From IMG/VR virus record IMGVR_UViG_3300044957_000763, positions 186,001 through 250,000 of that record: 64,000 nt of DNA. One strand, given 5' to 3'. Both the position numbers and the translations under genes were made by a program. The notes beneath the pieces were generated by a model. It was not told the DNA's origin. It made no database searches and worked only from the letters and a program-made list of their open reading frames with translations. Every line of letters starts with the position of its first letter. Positions within the stretch are counted from its first letter, which is position 1. Below, in pieces: positions 50,911 through 61,793 of this stretch.

Positions 50911-52842
50911 TTATAAGTCTGGAATCGGTACTGGATTTTCTGCTATTGGAACTCGAGCAAATCTGCGTGCAAATTCCCAGAATATGCCATTTTTGCCTTC
51001 TGGGTCGTCAACACCTATGTGTAAATTGCGATATCCAACACTGTATGGAATCATGTGGAATGCTTGTTCGCCTAAATACGTGTGGAAGTAAGATGTGTCG
51101 TTGTTTGATATACCAACAGTAATTGCAGCTACAGACAACGATGTTGCAACAGATGTGGCATCAGAAGTTAGAGTAACCTTAGAACCCTGTGTGCCAAAGA
51201 ACAAAACAGTGCCAGATGGTATGGCAACACCTGTCGCAGCGGTTAGATTGATTGTGGTCGCACCAATGCTGTGTGAACCACTGGCCGTTAGGGTGTATCT
51301 AGTGCCGCCATCTCTGTGAACATAACAGTAGTGAGTCCACCCGACTGCACCTAGTGATTGGCACACATCATGGCACACCAGTATGTTATTAGCAACTGCC
51401 GTCGAATTGTATGTTACATCACGATTGTATAGATATTCAGGTCTTACACCACATTCTGTTATAAGCCAAGGTGTATTAATGAGTGGGGTAAACGCTCTTG
51501 CATTAGACTGAGATGTACTAAGTGCTCCATGGGCTTCCTTGGCACACGAGCGCAGTGTTCCGTCTTGTGAAAAACTATACATGTGAAAATTTAATACGTC
51601 AACACTTCCCCAATATTCATCAATACCGCTAACTTGATTGAGTCCAGTAGTAATCAAATTTTCAGACCTTACTGAATTCATTACACTGTCGTCTCCATAA
51701 CTAAATGACGGTCCTACAAGCCTTACGTTTGGAAATGCCGCCTTGCATGCAAGTATTTGCGCTGATACAACCTTTTTAACACCTGATGTAAAGAACCCAT
51801 GTCCATATGCGTAGCCATTTGGAATACCAGATGCGCCAAATACCCTTTGGTCTGGTTCATTCCAGAATTCTACCCATAGTTGTTCGGCAGGAAAAAGCAC
51901 ACCTGGGTCATTAAGTGCATATGAAATAATAGCCAAAGCACCATCAGCCATAGCTGATGCATCTGCTGGGTCTGGAGAACGATAGCCATATGGTTCATCA
52001 GATGTGGGAACATCTGCAACAACAGCATAGTCTCCTGAGTTTAGTCCAGTTGAAAGTGCTGTTACGTTTAGAGAAGTTTGCCCGGCAGCCTTTCTAACCG
52101 TTGCTTTAGTGGCAGTAATTATCGTTGCGGCACTTGAGAATACATACACCGCATCATTAAGTTGAGTGCTGTTGACTAGATTTACTGTCAATACAATATT
52201 TCTATTGTTACTTTCTATGGTTGGTTCTGGATAACCACTTACTACAGCGGTTTCAATGAGTACGCCGTTTCTTACAATTGCGACTTTGTCACCGCTATTG
52301 AGTGATGTTTGTAAATCATAAACTTGAATGGTTGCAGTTGTTCCACCAGTGGTGGCATTAGAAATATACGCCCTTGTGGTATATGAACCACTTCTTGCAA
52401 ACACCAATTCGGCACCATTTGGTGTTGCGCCAGTGGTTGCGTTTACTGATATAGAGGTTGCACCGCCAGAGGCCCCAGCAGAAGTTGTTACTGTGTGTCT
52501 GGTGTAATTAAAGAATATGTCTGGTGTAGACCAATTATTTCTGTATCCATTGAACCTAACTTCAATTACACAGTCCATGCCGTTATTTTTCGCCGCCAAT
52601 AATGCGTCTTTTAGGGTCATGTCTCCAGCGTAATTAGATGTTTCAAAACGGTTTGTGCTACCTCCGCCTGAATTTGTTGACGACCAATTTATTTGGTACG
52701 GATATGCCGGCACAGATGCAAATACTGGTTTTTTTTCAAAAAAGGTATGAAACTCGGCGGTTGAAGAGCGCAGACCGTCGAACCCAAGGTCTTTAGCCTC
52801 TGGTATTCTTTGTTCCCAATCACAAATAACGAATCTTTTCAT
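50911..52842 (-). CDS. Tail-associated protein with glycoside hydrolase-like (GH39/GH5-type TIM barrel) domain
   Basis: VEFWNEPD, LVGPSF, DVLNFHMY, WLITECG, interrupted by Thr/Ser/Ala beta repeats. Confidence 0.7.
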   Translation of the reverse strand: MKRFVICDWEQRIPEAKDLGFDGLRSSTAEFHTFFEKKPVFASVPAYPYQINWSSTNSGGGSTNRFETSNYAGDMTLKDALLAAKNNGMDCVIEVRFNGYRNNWSTPDIFFNYTRHTVTTSAGASGGATSISVNATTGATPNGAELVFARSGSYTTRAYISNATTGGTTATIQVYDLQTSLNSGDKVAIVRNGVLIETAVVSGYPEPTIESNNRNIVLTVNLVNSTQLNDAVYVFSSAATIITATKATVRKAAGQTSLNVTALSTGLNSGDYAVVADVPTSDEPYGYRSPDPADASAMADGALAIISYALNDPGVLFPAEQLWVEFWNEPDQRVFGASGIPNGYAYGHGFFTSGVKKVVSAQILACKAAFPNVRLVGPSFSYGDDSVMNSVRSENLITTGLNQVSGIDEYWGSVDVLNFHMYSFSQDGTLRSCAKEAHGALSTSQSNARAFTPLINTPWLITECGVRPEYLYNRDVTYNSTAVANNILVCHDVCQSLGAVGWTHYCYVHRDGGTRYTLTASGSHSIGATTINLTAATGVAIPSGTVLFFGTQGSKVTLTSDATSVATSLSVAAITVGISNNDTSYFHTYLGEQAFHMIPYSVGYRNLHIGVDDPEGKNGIFWEFARRFARVPIAENPVPIPDL

Positions 52843-53756
52843 AGAGGTTCCACCATAAACCAATAAAGTACACTTGATTTACCAAGCGCACTGTCTTGAC
52901 TACCTACTGCTGCAGTGTAATTATGTACTGTAGTCCACACCGGCGACGCATAAGTTCCATCGGATGTGTTTGACCTGTCGCCCTTAAATCCCTGTGCCAT
53001 ATCCAATCCATAACGCACAAGCAAACCAGGCCCCGAGCCGCCACTAGTCGTGTTAGACCAGTGCGCTTTTACATAAAACTTTTCGTCTTCAATAATAGGC
53101 GATTCAGAATAGCTATACCAATTTAGTGTATATTTATATCCACTTATTGGTGAAGATTCGTCAAGGTAAAGCAGCGCATTGTCGTAAATCTTCCATGGCA
53201 TTGCATTATCATTGTAGTGATTTGCAGCCCTGTAAATTCCAAATTTTCCTCGCATTGTGGTAACACTGGTCGCGTCCACCAAATACACCCCCATTTTCAA
53301 AATTCTAAATGGTGAACCAACTCGTAAAATACAACACGTATATCTGGCGATTGAGTCGTCTGCAGCGCCCATGTAATATCTATTTAATGCGGTTGATGCA
53401 TTTACAGATTGTCCATGATAGGTGCTAATGGTGTCATTTGGGTCTGCAGGAATATTGGTTGCAGAACTATTGTCTGCCAACAATGTTCCTGTTCTAGCAG
53501 TAGTCCCGCCAATATAAATTTCTTGTGCTCTGTTTATCAACGATGGATGCTCGCAGTTATGTACTAACATAGCCGGTTTATATCCAGATGATGTGTGTTG
53601 CCAGTTCGCCCCGGCTGGCCTAGCCAATTGCAAATAGCCATCTCCGTATACATTGTAACTCATGGTGCCAAACGGCGCCGCTGTTGTTGGTTCCTCGAGT
53701 CCATCATGCTGACGAACATGTGAATAAACGCCACCAGAACTTCTGCCACGGCTCAT
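52839..53756 (-). CDS. Putative tail/virion protein
   Basis: Beta-rich; middle gene of cassette 2. Confidence 0.6.
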   Translation of the reverse strand: MSRGRSSGGVYSHVRQHDGLEEPTTAAPFGTMSYNVYGDGYLQLARPAGANWQHTSSGYKPAMLVHNCEHPSLINRAQEIYIGGTTARTGTLLADNSSATNIPADPNDTISTYHGQSVNASTALNRYYMGAADDSIARYTCCILRVGSPFRILKMGVYLVDATSVTTMRGKFGIYRAANHYNDNAMPWKIYDNALLYLDESSPISGYKYTLNWYSYSESPIIEDEKFYVKAHWSNTTSGGSGPGLLVRYGLDMAQGFKGDRSNTSDGTYASPVWTTVHNYTAAVGSQDSALGKSSVLYWFMVEPL

Positions 53757-55117
53757 GATAACACCTGCGCCACATAATCAATCGTTCCTGAGTGGGCTAG
53801 AATCCTGGCTTCGTTTGAACTATCACAATCAATATCTCTGGTTTCTAGTGGCAATAAGCATTCCAGAAACGAAGTAGTGGTTGGGTCAGAATCATATCTC
53901 ACAAGAAGGTTATACGTATCAGAACAATTACACAATCTTATTTTCAATGCGCCTGCTGGTCTAGAAGGCCTTCCGCTCTGTCCATCAAACAATGGAATAG
54001 CAGTTGACGCACCGACGCTGCCCGCTTGCTCGCTGCCAAATATGTACTGAGTGCTGAAAGATGTTATTTGCGAACCGCCACTGTTTACAATAGAAACGTT
54101 GAGAGAATCGTTGCTGCCTGTGTCTCGAACAGTTGCTTGTCTGGTTCCATCACCAATCTGAACATTAACTGGAGTACCGGTTGGCGCATCGACTGTAATA
54201 CTATTGCCGCCATCTTGAATATTAACAGCACCAGCACCACTAGTGTTATTGATGGTAATATCACCAATATCAACACCTGAGTTAGCACCAAGAGTCCAAG
54301 TTCCTGATTGTGTAGCAGCTACTGTTCCATCAACTGTAAGGGAACTACCATTATCATCAACACTCAATACACCAGTTGAATTATTGGCAATCGTTACTCG
54401 TAATGCCGCGGCCTCAGTTCCACCGCCAGTAACGTTAAGCGGTGCTGGTACTGTGAGTATGTCTACATCACCAATGTTATTGGCGCCGGCAGCAAGGTTT
54501 GCGGTAACAGCGCCTGTGACAGTAACATCGTTATTAGAACCCAGATTTACTAGTAATCCATCTGTGATACTACCCTGTACTGGTCTGAGTGTGTCCAAGG
54601 CACTTTCCATAAGTATGGCAACACCAGTAATACTGCCGTCTGTACTTCCTTCGGTATATTCGGTTCCTCCGCCACCTCCGCCGATTGTTACTGTAGGAGG
54701 GGTGCCAGTGTTCACCACTGATGAAACGCGACCAAGTGTGAAATATTCACTCGTAGCAACTTCGGGGTATGTAATGTCAGTAGACATCCCAGGACGTATG
54801 CTGCCATCTGACGCATCTCCGCCAGTGCCAACATACATAGCCGACCCGCTAAGTCGACCAATCAATCCAACTGCTTTGCCACTGTCCCAACCACTATCTG
54901 ATTTTTGTTGCAACGTTAATACGCTTTCAATAGTTGTGGCTGTTGTTATGTTGATAGTAATGGCTTGTCCTAATTGGTCTCCTCTTGCATCTACAAAAAA
55001 ACCGTTGATGACGGACGTTCCAGAAACCGCTGACAGTACCAGGGTTTTTAGTTCAGGGTTTCCGCCGCTCAAGTCAGATATTCGCGCTAAAACCACCTTG
55101 TTGTATGGGTTCGTCAT
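53753..55117 (-). CDS. Tail-fibre/adaptor-like protein (cassette 2)
   Basis: N-terminal ~140 aa nearly identical to 57870..58691; GANSGVDIGD/GANNIGDVD repeats. Confidence 0.7.
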   Translation of the reverse strand: MTNPYNKVVLARISDLSGGNPELKTLVLSAVSGTSVINGFFVDARGDQLGQAITINITTATTIESVLTLQQKSDSGWDSGKAVGLIGRLSGSAMYVGTGGDASDGSIRPGMSTDITYPEVATSEYFTLGRVSSVVNTGTPPTVTIGGGGGGTEYTEGSTDGSITGVAILMESALDTLRPVQGSITDGLLVNLGSNNDVTVTGAVTANLAAGANNIGDVDILTVPAPLNVTGGGTEAAALRVTIANNSTGVLSVDDNGSSLTVDGTVAATQSGTWTLGANSGVDIGDITINNTSGAGAVNIQDGGNSITVDAPTGTPVNVQIGDGTRQATVRDTGSNDSLNVSIVNSGGSQITSFSTQYIFGSEQAGSVGASTAIPLFDGQSGRPSRPAGALKIRLCNCSDTYNLLVRYDSDPTTTSFLECLLPLETRDIDCDSSNEARILAHSGTIDYVAQVLS

Positions 55118-55219
55118 ATTAGATTATTAGGAAAACAACTATTTCATCGCCTTTGCTTTTGAAGATTTTGTTTTGATGAACACAGATTTTCAATGATAGA
55201 GATAATATGTTTGGAATCA

Positions 55220-57220
55220 TTAGTTCTCGGTAAATGTTGCCGAACCAAAGTTAGTACGCACAACTTGATTGTCACAGTTGTTATAATCAGCACCGGTAAT
55301 TGATGAACCATCTGGAAATCTATATTCATCGAGGCTTCCAGAAAAATACACAGCAAGTGCCGGTTCGGCCGCAATATGAATTGCAGAATCAATTGATGAA
55401 GAGTGCAATTGTGTGGTGTATTGCCATTCTCCACCGGTATATCCAATTGAACCATTGGCTATACTTCCTGGTGTTGGTGTAGATGTGTAAAATGACAATG
55501 AAGACGCACCAATAGATGCGTTGGCACTTAGTGTTAGCAAAATATCTTCATCCTTGAAATACACATCTGAATTAGCTGACAATGATTCTGTCAAACCAGT
55601 TATGGCCATTGTTGTTGATGTGCCGGCTACAAAACCAGATTGATTACATGTAAATGGTGTTGATGATACAGATTTATCAAACAGCGTTGCGAGCTCCCAG
55701 GCCCATGTTGTTAGTGAACCGTCATATCTCCATGCAATAAAACAATCATTAAATACCGGTTGTAATACGTGTATATTCCTACCACCGTTTGTGTGTATCC
55801 CCCTATCTGTACTATTGAATACACAATTGTTTACATTTGCATTTCCTGCGCCGTCATCCATGTAAACACAAGCGGTAAACTCACCGGTATTTGTATTGTC
55901 TACTCCAGGGTTGAGACCGTTGTTGATGTTGTTGAATACACAATTATCAATATTGATATCTGACCATATTGGATTTCTCCCCCAATAAATCGCCGCGCAG
56001 TCTTGCATATTTTTGACAACATTGTTGAATTCGCAGTCGCTCACATCAATAGAAGAACCAGCAAACCGCAGACTTTGACCAAAGGCCTCTTGAAACAAAC
56101 AATTCGTAACCTCGTAACCACACCCGACCAGCATGCATGCGCCAGAACCATAGAGCCCAAGTATGGTCGAGTTGAGAAACGAACAATCTTTGATTTGTAC
56201 ATTTCCACTGGTTAGCGTACTCAAATTTCCAGATTGTATGTACATATCCATATCCATACAAGTTTCAACAATAACACTATCAAATGTCAAATTGTCCCCC
56301 TGTATGTCAAGTGCGGCACGACCTATTCCGGCCACTGTAAAGTCATGAAAATTCATTTCGTTCCCAGATATTACTTTAAGACCTTTGTTCACACTTCCGA
56401 TGATATTGCATTGGAAGTCCAAGTTGGTACACGAATTAAGTGTGAGTAGTGGCCCGTTGGTAGACCACCCATGCGAAGTACTTATGTATGATGTCGCTGT
56501 ATTTGGATTTACTAATCCGGGCGCTATGAAATAAATTCTTCCGTATTGACCTAATCCATATCTGTCAATATAGTACTCTCCTTCTTCATCTAGCTCTTCT
56601 GGTACATTGGCATAAAAAAATCTTGGGTTACTTAGGTGAACATTATAGGTTGTACTTGAGCAAGTCAGAACATTGGTTGATGGATTTATTGCGCTTACAG
56701 TGCGTAATTCTGGAGCCCATACATATGAAAAGTAACCAACAACACACAATCCAACAATAGATGCGTATGCTTCTGGCCTAGTACCAGTATAGTTCAATGT
56801 GGTACTTGTTCCCATACTACCACTCGATTCATACCCAGGAGACCTGGCAAGTGTCATTGCTTTATTGTCCCAAATGAGTGTCGGCCACATGTTACTTGTT
56901 CGTGTGTTGGTGCTATTCCCCCATTGCTGTGCAGACACAGACTTAAATGGTGTGTCTCCTGGTATTGGTGCCGTAGTAGTCCATACATTTGCTCTGGCAC
57001 TTTCTGGAATTCTATAGTACATTGGGTCAGATACATCCAGAGGTTCCCATTCATGTGTGGGTATTCCGCCAACAATAGTGCCCTTTATGGTAACCCCGCT
57101 TTTGTTAGTAAGCGAAAGTGGTTTTGATACAAATACATGTCCAAAATCAATCACGGAATTATTGCCCGCTTTGTTCAACATGTCTTGTGCGTCTTTGCTT
57201 GATAATCCAGTGTAAATCAT
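55220..57220 (-). CDS. Right-handed beta-helix protein (depolymerase/tailspike-like)
   Basis: MTLARSP, NVPEELDEEGEYYID, QDCAAIY, VYMDDG, NxxxxNCxF repeats. Confidence 0.75.
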   Translation of the reverse strand: MIYTGLSSKDAQDMLNKAGNNSVIDFGHVFVSKPLSLTNKSGVTIKGTIVGGIPTHEWEPLDVSDPMYYRIPESARANVWTTTAPIPGDTPFKSVSAQQWGNSTNTRTSNMWPTLIWDNKAMTLARSPGYESSGSMGTSTTLNYTGTRPEAYASIVGLCVVGYFSYVWAPELRTVSAINPSTNVLTCSSTTYNVHLSNPRFFYANVPEELDEEGEYYIDRYGLGQYGRIYFIAPGLVNPNTATSYISTSHGWSTNGPLLTLNSCTNLDFQCNIIGSVNKGLKVISGNEMNFHDFTVAGIGRAALDIQGDNLTFDSVIVETCMDMDMYIQSGNLSTLTSGNVQIKDCSFLNSTILGLYGSGACMLVGCGYEVTNCLFQEAFGQSLRFAGSSIDVSDCEFNNVVKNMQDCAAIYWGRNPIWSDINIDNCVFNNINNGLNPGVDNTNTGEFTACVYMDDGAGNANVNNCVFNSTDRGIHTNGGRNIHVLQPVFNDCFIAWRYDGSLTTWAWELATLFDKSVSSTPFTCNQSGFVAGTSTTMAITGLTESLSANSDVYFKDEDILLTLSANASIGASSLSFYTSTPTPGSIANGSIGYTGGEWQYTTQLHSSSIDSAIHIAAEPALAVYFSGSLDEYRFPDGSSITGADYNNCDNQVVRTNFGSATFTEN

Positions 57221-57870
57221 ACAACGTGTGACAAAATCCAGTCCATATTACATAGTGAGTTGTTGTTTCTTGGGGAAATTAATGACGGGTTTAGAGAACT
57301 AAAATCGTCTGGAAATACGAAACTATTGTATACAAAAGCACCAACTGTAATTTCTAAGTCGAGTCCATATGAAAACCCAGGAGCATAGTATGGGTGAAGG
57401 TCTCCGATGTTTACGGCATAGCTAGACATAAAAGAGCCGCCATTAGTTATGGTAACAGAATTTAGATTTGATACCCAGCATAGAAGCAATGGCGCAAGCG
57501 GATTCGGCATATCTATAGACGATACAGGAACCAGCGAAGTTGAAGTATATGTTAATGTAGTGATATTAGCTTCTGCATCAGAATTGGATAACTTTGTTGT
57601 TGGTAGTCCAAGGCTGTTCACTTGATAAATTGCCGCTTTAATAGCACCCGTGCCAGCAGATTGAGAGAACGCAGTTCCAGAATTGTTCATGAATCCATAT
57701 TTGATGATTGGTTGTTCACAATTGGGATAAATCCTATACCCCCATATTCTGACATTTGCATTCGTTCCAGTAAGTACAACGTTTGTATTTGCACCGCTGA
57801 TAAACGCTGTATCGCTTCTGCGTATATACACTGGCGCTATTCTGCTGGTTTTAGATACAGATATTCCCAT
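57217..57870 (-). CDS. Putative tail/virion protein
   Basis: Middle gene of cassette 1; IKAAIYQVNSLGLPTTKL. Confidence 0.6.
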   Translation of the reverse strand: MGISVSKTSRIAPVYIRRSDTAFISGANTNVVLTGTNANVRIWGYRIYPNCEQPIIKYGFMNNSGTAFSQSAGTGAIKAAIYQVNSLGLPTTKLSNSDAEANITTLTYTSTSLVPVSSIDMPNPLAPLLLCWVSNLNSVTITNGGSFMSSYAVNIGDLHPYYAPGFSYGLDLEITVGAFVYNSFVFPDDFSSLNPSLISPRNNNSLCNMDWILSHVV

Positions 57871-58691
57871 TAAAATTCCGCTCCAAATCCAACATATTGC
57901 ATATTGTAAGACCCCACCGGTACTCTGGTTGAGTAAGTAGTATTTGGTTCATATCCAGAGACAATGCCGTTGTTGGTCGCCGGAGTTCCATTACCGCCAG
58001 TATTGATAAGAATTGCATATCCAGCAACATCATATACACGGACTGATTTCATATTGCTGCTAAATGTTGTGGTTGGTGTTGCAGACGACAACCAATTGTC
58101 TAATGATTTCGCTGTGGTGGTAATATTTAGCACGCCGCGATATATCACAACACTATCAGTGTTGAGAATTTCAACAGATACATTCGATGTGCCACCTTCT
58201 GATACCAGGGCATAATAGTTGAGCGCAGGACCGGTACCATAACTTCCTTGCGCAGTGCCACTCGATACCCCGCCAATTCCGCTGTTAATGATTTGGCCAC
58301 ATCGTCCAAGTGTGAAATATTCAGATGGCTCAATTCTTGGATATGCAGAACTTAATGACATGCCTCCATTGACGTTTCCATTGTCTGGGTTTCCGCCTGT
58401 TCCAAAGTATAACGCCGAACCAGATAGTCTGCCAACAAACCCCACTGCTTTGCCAGTACTCCATCCACTATCGTTTTCTTGCTGTGGTGTCAGCGCGTTG
58501 GCTAGTGTTGTTTCTGAAGTAATGCTCAAAGAAACCAATTGCCCTAGTTGGTCTCCTCTTGCATCTACAAAAAATCCAGATATGGTGGCCGTTCCAGACA
58601 CTGCCGAAATAACCAAAGTTTTTAACTCAGGGTTACCTCCGCTTAAGTCAGATATTCGCGCCAAAACCACTTTCTTATATGGGTTTGCCAT
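57870..58691 (-). CDS. Tail-fibre/adaptor-like protein (cassette 1)
   Basis: MANPYKKVVLARISDLSGGNPELKTL shared with 53753..55117. Confidence 0.7.
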   Translation of the reverse strand: MANPYKKVVLARISDLSGGNPELKTLVISAVSGTATISGFFVDARGDQLGQLVSLSITSETTLANALTPQQENDSGWSTGKAVGFVGRLSGSALYFGTGGNPDNGNVNGGMSLSSAYPRIEPSEYFTLGRCGQIINSGIGGVSSGTAQGSYGTGPALNYYALVSEGGTSNVSVEILNTDSVVIYRGVLNITTTAKSLDNWLSSATPTTTFSSNMKSVRVYDVAGYAILINTGGNGTPATNNGIVSGYEPNTTYSTRVPVGSYNMQYVGFGAEF

Positions 58692-58883
58692 ATCGGTTTA
58701 TTAGGAAAATCACGCAGGTATTGCCTATGCTTTTGTCGAAAAAAACCAAGGCGCAGAAAAGTCCAGAATAGCGCCAACAGTGGGCGGTGTGGCATAAACT
58801 ACCTACATAGCGATAAGACACCATTGACCGACACCTCGTCAAATCGCCAGTCACCCGCCCCATCTTTTTTGACATAATACGTT

Positions 58884-59705
58884 ATGTCAGCCTCACACCC
58901 GCTCGCGGTCAGTATTCCGGTGCACGAAGCACTTGATTGTGTGATAGACCAAGCAAAGAATTGGAAAGCATTTGCGCCAGAAGCATCGCTAGTGTTCCAT
59001 GTCAGTACACAGGCACCGTTTAACACAGATGAACTATCTGATGCGTTGGCAGATGCCAACCCAATGACCATAGTCAATCCAGAACGACTGGAAACCGGAT
59101 GGGCAGATGGTAGTTTGATTAAGGCGCACTTGAGTAACTACAGGTACGCCAAAAAGATGCTTAATCCATGTTATTTTGCAATGGATGCAAGCAATACGTT
59201 GTTGGCGAAACACGGTCTTGTAGAGCATATGATGCAACATTGGTCTTTGGAGAACGCTGTCGCTGGGCACAATTTGCAATGCCCGACTATTGAGGGAATT
59301 TCAGCACACGCTATGCATGGCGACATGGAATTAAAAATGCCAATAATGCTTTCTTCTCGATTGATGCCTGAGCTCGGTGTTGTCCCATGCGAAGGCGCAT
59401 GGTTTGATGCTGTAAGATTCGAACGCGCCGCCGAACTCATTGTAGAGTGGAAATGGAATGGCAAATATGCCACAGAAGAAGTATATCCTGTGGCTGCTTG
59501 GAATTTTGTTGCGCGACCCGAAAGTCGTGTTGCCGGCAACTATATTGCAACACCGTTTGAGGCAAATCTCTACATCAACAAAGACACCGTAATAGCCATA
59601 CATTATGGTGACCATCGAAATAAAGACTTATTTGGTGTGAAACGTGTCCCAAGAGAAATTGATAACCCGCTTCGCAAAATGATTCGAGAGCTTGGCGGTT
59701 ATTGA
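58884..59705 (+). CDS. Hypothetical protein, possibly glycosyltransferase-like
   Basis: SIPVHEALDCVIDQAKN...VFHVS...HLSNY...AMDASN. Confidence 0.55.
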   Translation: MSASHPLAVSIPVHEALDCVIDQAKNWKAFAPEASLVFHVSTQAPFNTDELSDALADANPMTIVNPERLETGWADGSLIKAHLSNYRYAKKMLNPCYFAMDASNTLLAKHGLVEHMMQHWSLENAVAGHNLQCPTIEGISAHAMHGDMELKMPIMLSSRLMPELGVVPCEGAWFDAVRFERAAELIVEWKWNGKYATEEVYPVAAWNFVARPESRVAGNYIATPFEANLYINKDTVIAIHYGDHRNKDLFGVKRVPREIDNPLRKMIRELGGY

Positions 59706-60268
59706 CCGTCTTCTTCGTCCCACTTTAGAGCTTCTTTTTTCCAATCTGGGAACAAGTCATATGGTACTTTGTCCTTGCAATCTTCGCAATACCATTGTTT
59801 ATCGCGTGTTTGTCCGTAATACGTCTTGTTCTTGCACAAATAACATTCTTCATCTGGCTCAAAAACATTCGATGTGAAAAGATTGCAGTGCTTGCAAAAG
59901 CCAGCACCGTTTTTGTAACCGCGCCTTTCATACTCATGCCCGGTACAAGAGGTGATTTTTTGTAACCGCGCCCAGGCTTTTTCTTCAGCCTCTTCAATGT
60001 TTTTGCCTTCACTGCGAATAATTGTATCTGGGTTGCGCGGAAATGCTTCAAAAAATGCAGTCCGGTAATGCGATGACTGAATTGGCTCGTCTAAAATAGC
60101 CCCGGCAACCACTTCTTTAATCGAGTCTTCTTTTGTCAATATATCCTCTAGTGAGCCTTTGCCAGTAAACACAATTCCATTATCACCACATTGTACAAAA
60201 CAGTCTTCTGGCCAAGGTTTTTGACACGGGTAAGGTTCTTTTCCAAATGAGCGAGTTGCTAATCTCAT
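59699..60268 (-). CDS. Hypothetical zinc-binding protein
   Basis: FFEAFP..IRSEG..EAEEKAW; Cys-rich C-terminus. Confidence 0.7.
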   Translation of the reverse strand: MRLATRSFGKEPYPCQKPWPEDCFVQCGDNGIVFTGKGSLEDILTKEDSIKEVVAGAILDEPIQSSHYRTAFFEAFPRNPDTIIRSEGKNIEEAEEKAWARLQKITSCTGHEYERRGYKNGAGFCKHCNLFTSNVFEPDEECYLCKNKTYYGQTRDKQWYCEDCKDKVPYDLFPDWKKEALKWDEEDGQ

Positions 60269-60287
60269 GTGTGCTATAATACCACAC

Positions 60288-60770
60288 ATGAGAAAGATAT
60301 TTTTCGACACTGAATTTTTGAGCGCACCGCCTGAACTGCATTTGATTAGCATAGGAATGGTGGACGAAGACGGTCGTGAGTTCTATGGTGTTCGCAAAGA
60401 TGCACCATGGGAGCGCATTTATGCGCATTCGTGGCTGAATAAGAATGTGGTTCCACACTTGCCAGACAAGACATCAGAGTTTTGGATGTCAGACAATGAC
60501 CTAAAATATGAGATTGAGAGATTTTGTGGAAGATACCCTGAGTTTTGGTGCTATGTTGGTGCCTACGATTGGACGGTTCTCACTGGTCTCTATGGGCAGT
60601 TTTATGAACTACCGGACACTTGGCCATTCCATTTCAACGACATTAAGTGGATTATGGCCCAGGCGAATGTAAAGAGACTTCCGCCTCGAACCGACGGCAA
60701 GGAGCACGACGCACTTGCCGATGCCTGGGAAGTAAAAGTAGGGTATGATTGGTGCAAATCCTACTTGTGA
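60288..60770 (+). CDS. DEDD 3'-5' exoribonuclease (Rv2179c-like)
   Basis: IFFDTEF, LISIGMVDEDGREFY, AYDW, HDALADA. Confidence 0.9.
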   Translation: MRKIFFDTEFLSAPPELHLISIGMVDEDGREFYGVRKDAPWERIYAHSWLNKNVVPHLPDKTSEFWMSDNDLKYEIERFCGRYPEFWCYVGAYDWTVLTGLYGQFYELPDTWPFHFNDIKWIMAQANVKRLPPRTDGKEHDALADAWEVKVGYDWCKSYL

Positions 60771-60776
60771 GGACGT

Positions 60777-61130
60777 ATGTCTGTAGTTGTGTTTGACGTT
60801 GAACTAGCCGGAGACAATAAAAATGATGTTATGTACACCGTTATTGTGCATCACGAATCATTTGAAAAAATACCATTCCCAATTTCGCACATTTTGAACG
60901 TTGCTGCCGATGAATTTGGGTGGCAACGTCCATGGATTGAACTGCGTTCACAGACCACAGGTGAGGCTTTTGTATTGATTCAATATGAAAAAATTCAAAA
61001 TCAATGGGTAAAGGCGAGTGTTTCTGGCACAATACCGGAAATAAATACCCGCGTCGACTTGTATTTACTGGACCATTGCCCCAACCGCGCGATAGACGCA
61101 CTGTTCGATATAGACCCCAGTGTGCCATAG
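60777..61130 (+). CDS. Hypothetical protein
   Basis: 117-aa ORF, GAGGA RBS. Confidence 0.65.
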   Translation: MSVVVFDVELAGDNKNDVMYTVIVHHESFEKIPFPISHILNVAADEFGWQRPWIELRSQTTGEAFVLIQYEKIQNQWVKASVSGTIPEINTRVDLYLLDHCPNRAIDALFDIDPSVP

Positions 61131-61275
61131 CATTTTAAGTGAGTTGCGCACTAACGATGGCACCCCCCGGCCTGTCGAATCATCATTGAATATCAACCAG
61201 GAGACAGCCCTGTATTTGATTGGCAACAGGAAGACGTGTTTTTGAACTAAGAATAGAGTATAATAACATTGTTCG

Positions 61276-61309
61276 GCCGCGTCTGTTGGACAGACGCGGC
61301 TATTTTTTT
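61276..61309 (+). terminator. Intrinsic terminator-like hairpin
   Basis: GCCGCGTCTG/CAGACGCGGC followed by T7. Confidence 0.7.
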
Positions 61310-61320
61310 AGGAGGTTGCT

Positions 61321-61788
61321 ATGCAAGTATATGAAAGAACAGTAAAACGCTGGGAGAAGAACATACGTGTGCCATTTGCATGGCAGACTGAACACTTTCC
61401 TGCTGCTCACTTAAAGAGCAGGGGCAACGCTGTTCTTATTGCCTGGTGCCCCTTCTTTGAACTGTCTCGACCTGTCAAGCGAAAGTCGTACACGTTTGTT
61501 AGACCAGATGGCGTAAAATACAATTACAGCTACCCGAGCAAACACGCTAGACTGATGCACAAAATGGGCATGGTGTGTGTTTCGTGCCACCAGCCCGCTG
61601 CATACTATGTATTGGTGCGCTCAATGGGAAAATACATGGTTTGGGCACTGACAGAGGATGGTGAACCGTTCACGCTTGACCATCACATACCGCGCTCGAG
61701 AGGTGGTTCCAACAGAGTCAGTAATCTTCGAGTAATGTGCGATGTCTGTAACCAGAAAAAGGGCAACACGCACCCAAATGAAATGTAA
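61321..61788 (+). CDS. HNH endonuclease
   Basis: CVSC...[31 protein letters not shown]; AGGAGG RBS. Confidence 0.85.
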   Translation: MQVYERTVKRWEKNIRVPFAWQTEHFPAAHLKSRGNAVLIAWCPFFELSRPVKRKSYTFVRPDGVKYNYSYPSKHARLMHKMGMVCVSCHQPAAYYVLVRSMGKYMVWALTEDGEPFTLDHHIPRSRGGSNRVSNLRVMCDVCNQKKGNTHPNEM

Positions 61789-61793
61789 GCCGG

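Noticed and set aside
54243-55130. 295-aa plus-strand ORF
   Set aside because: Antisense shadow of the tail adaptor gene.
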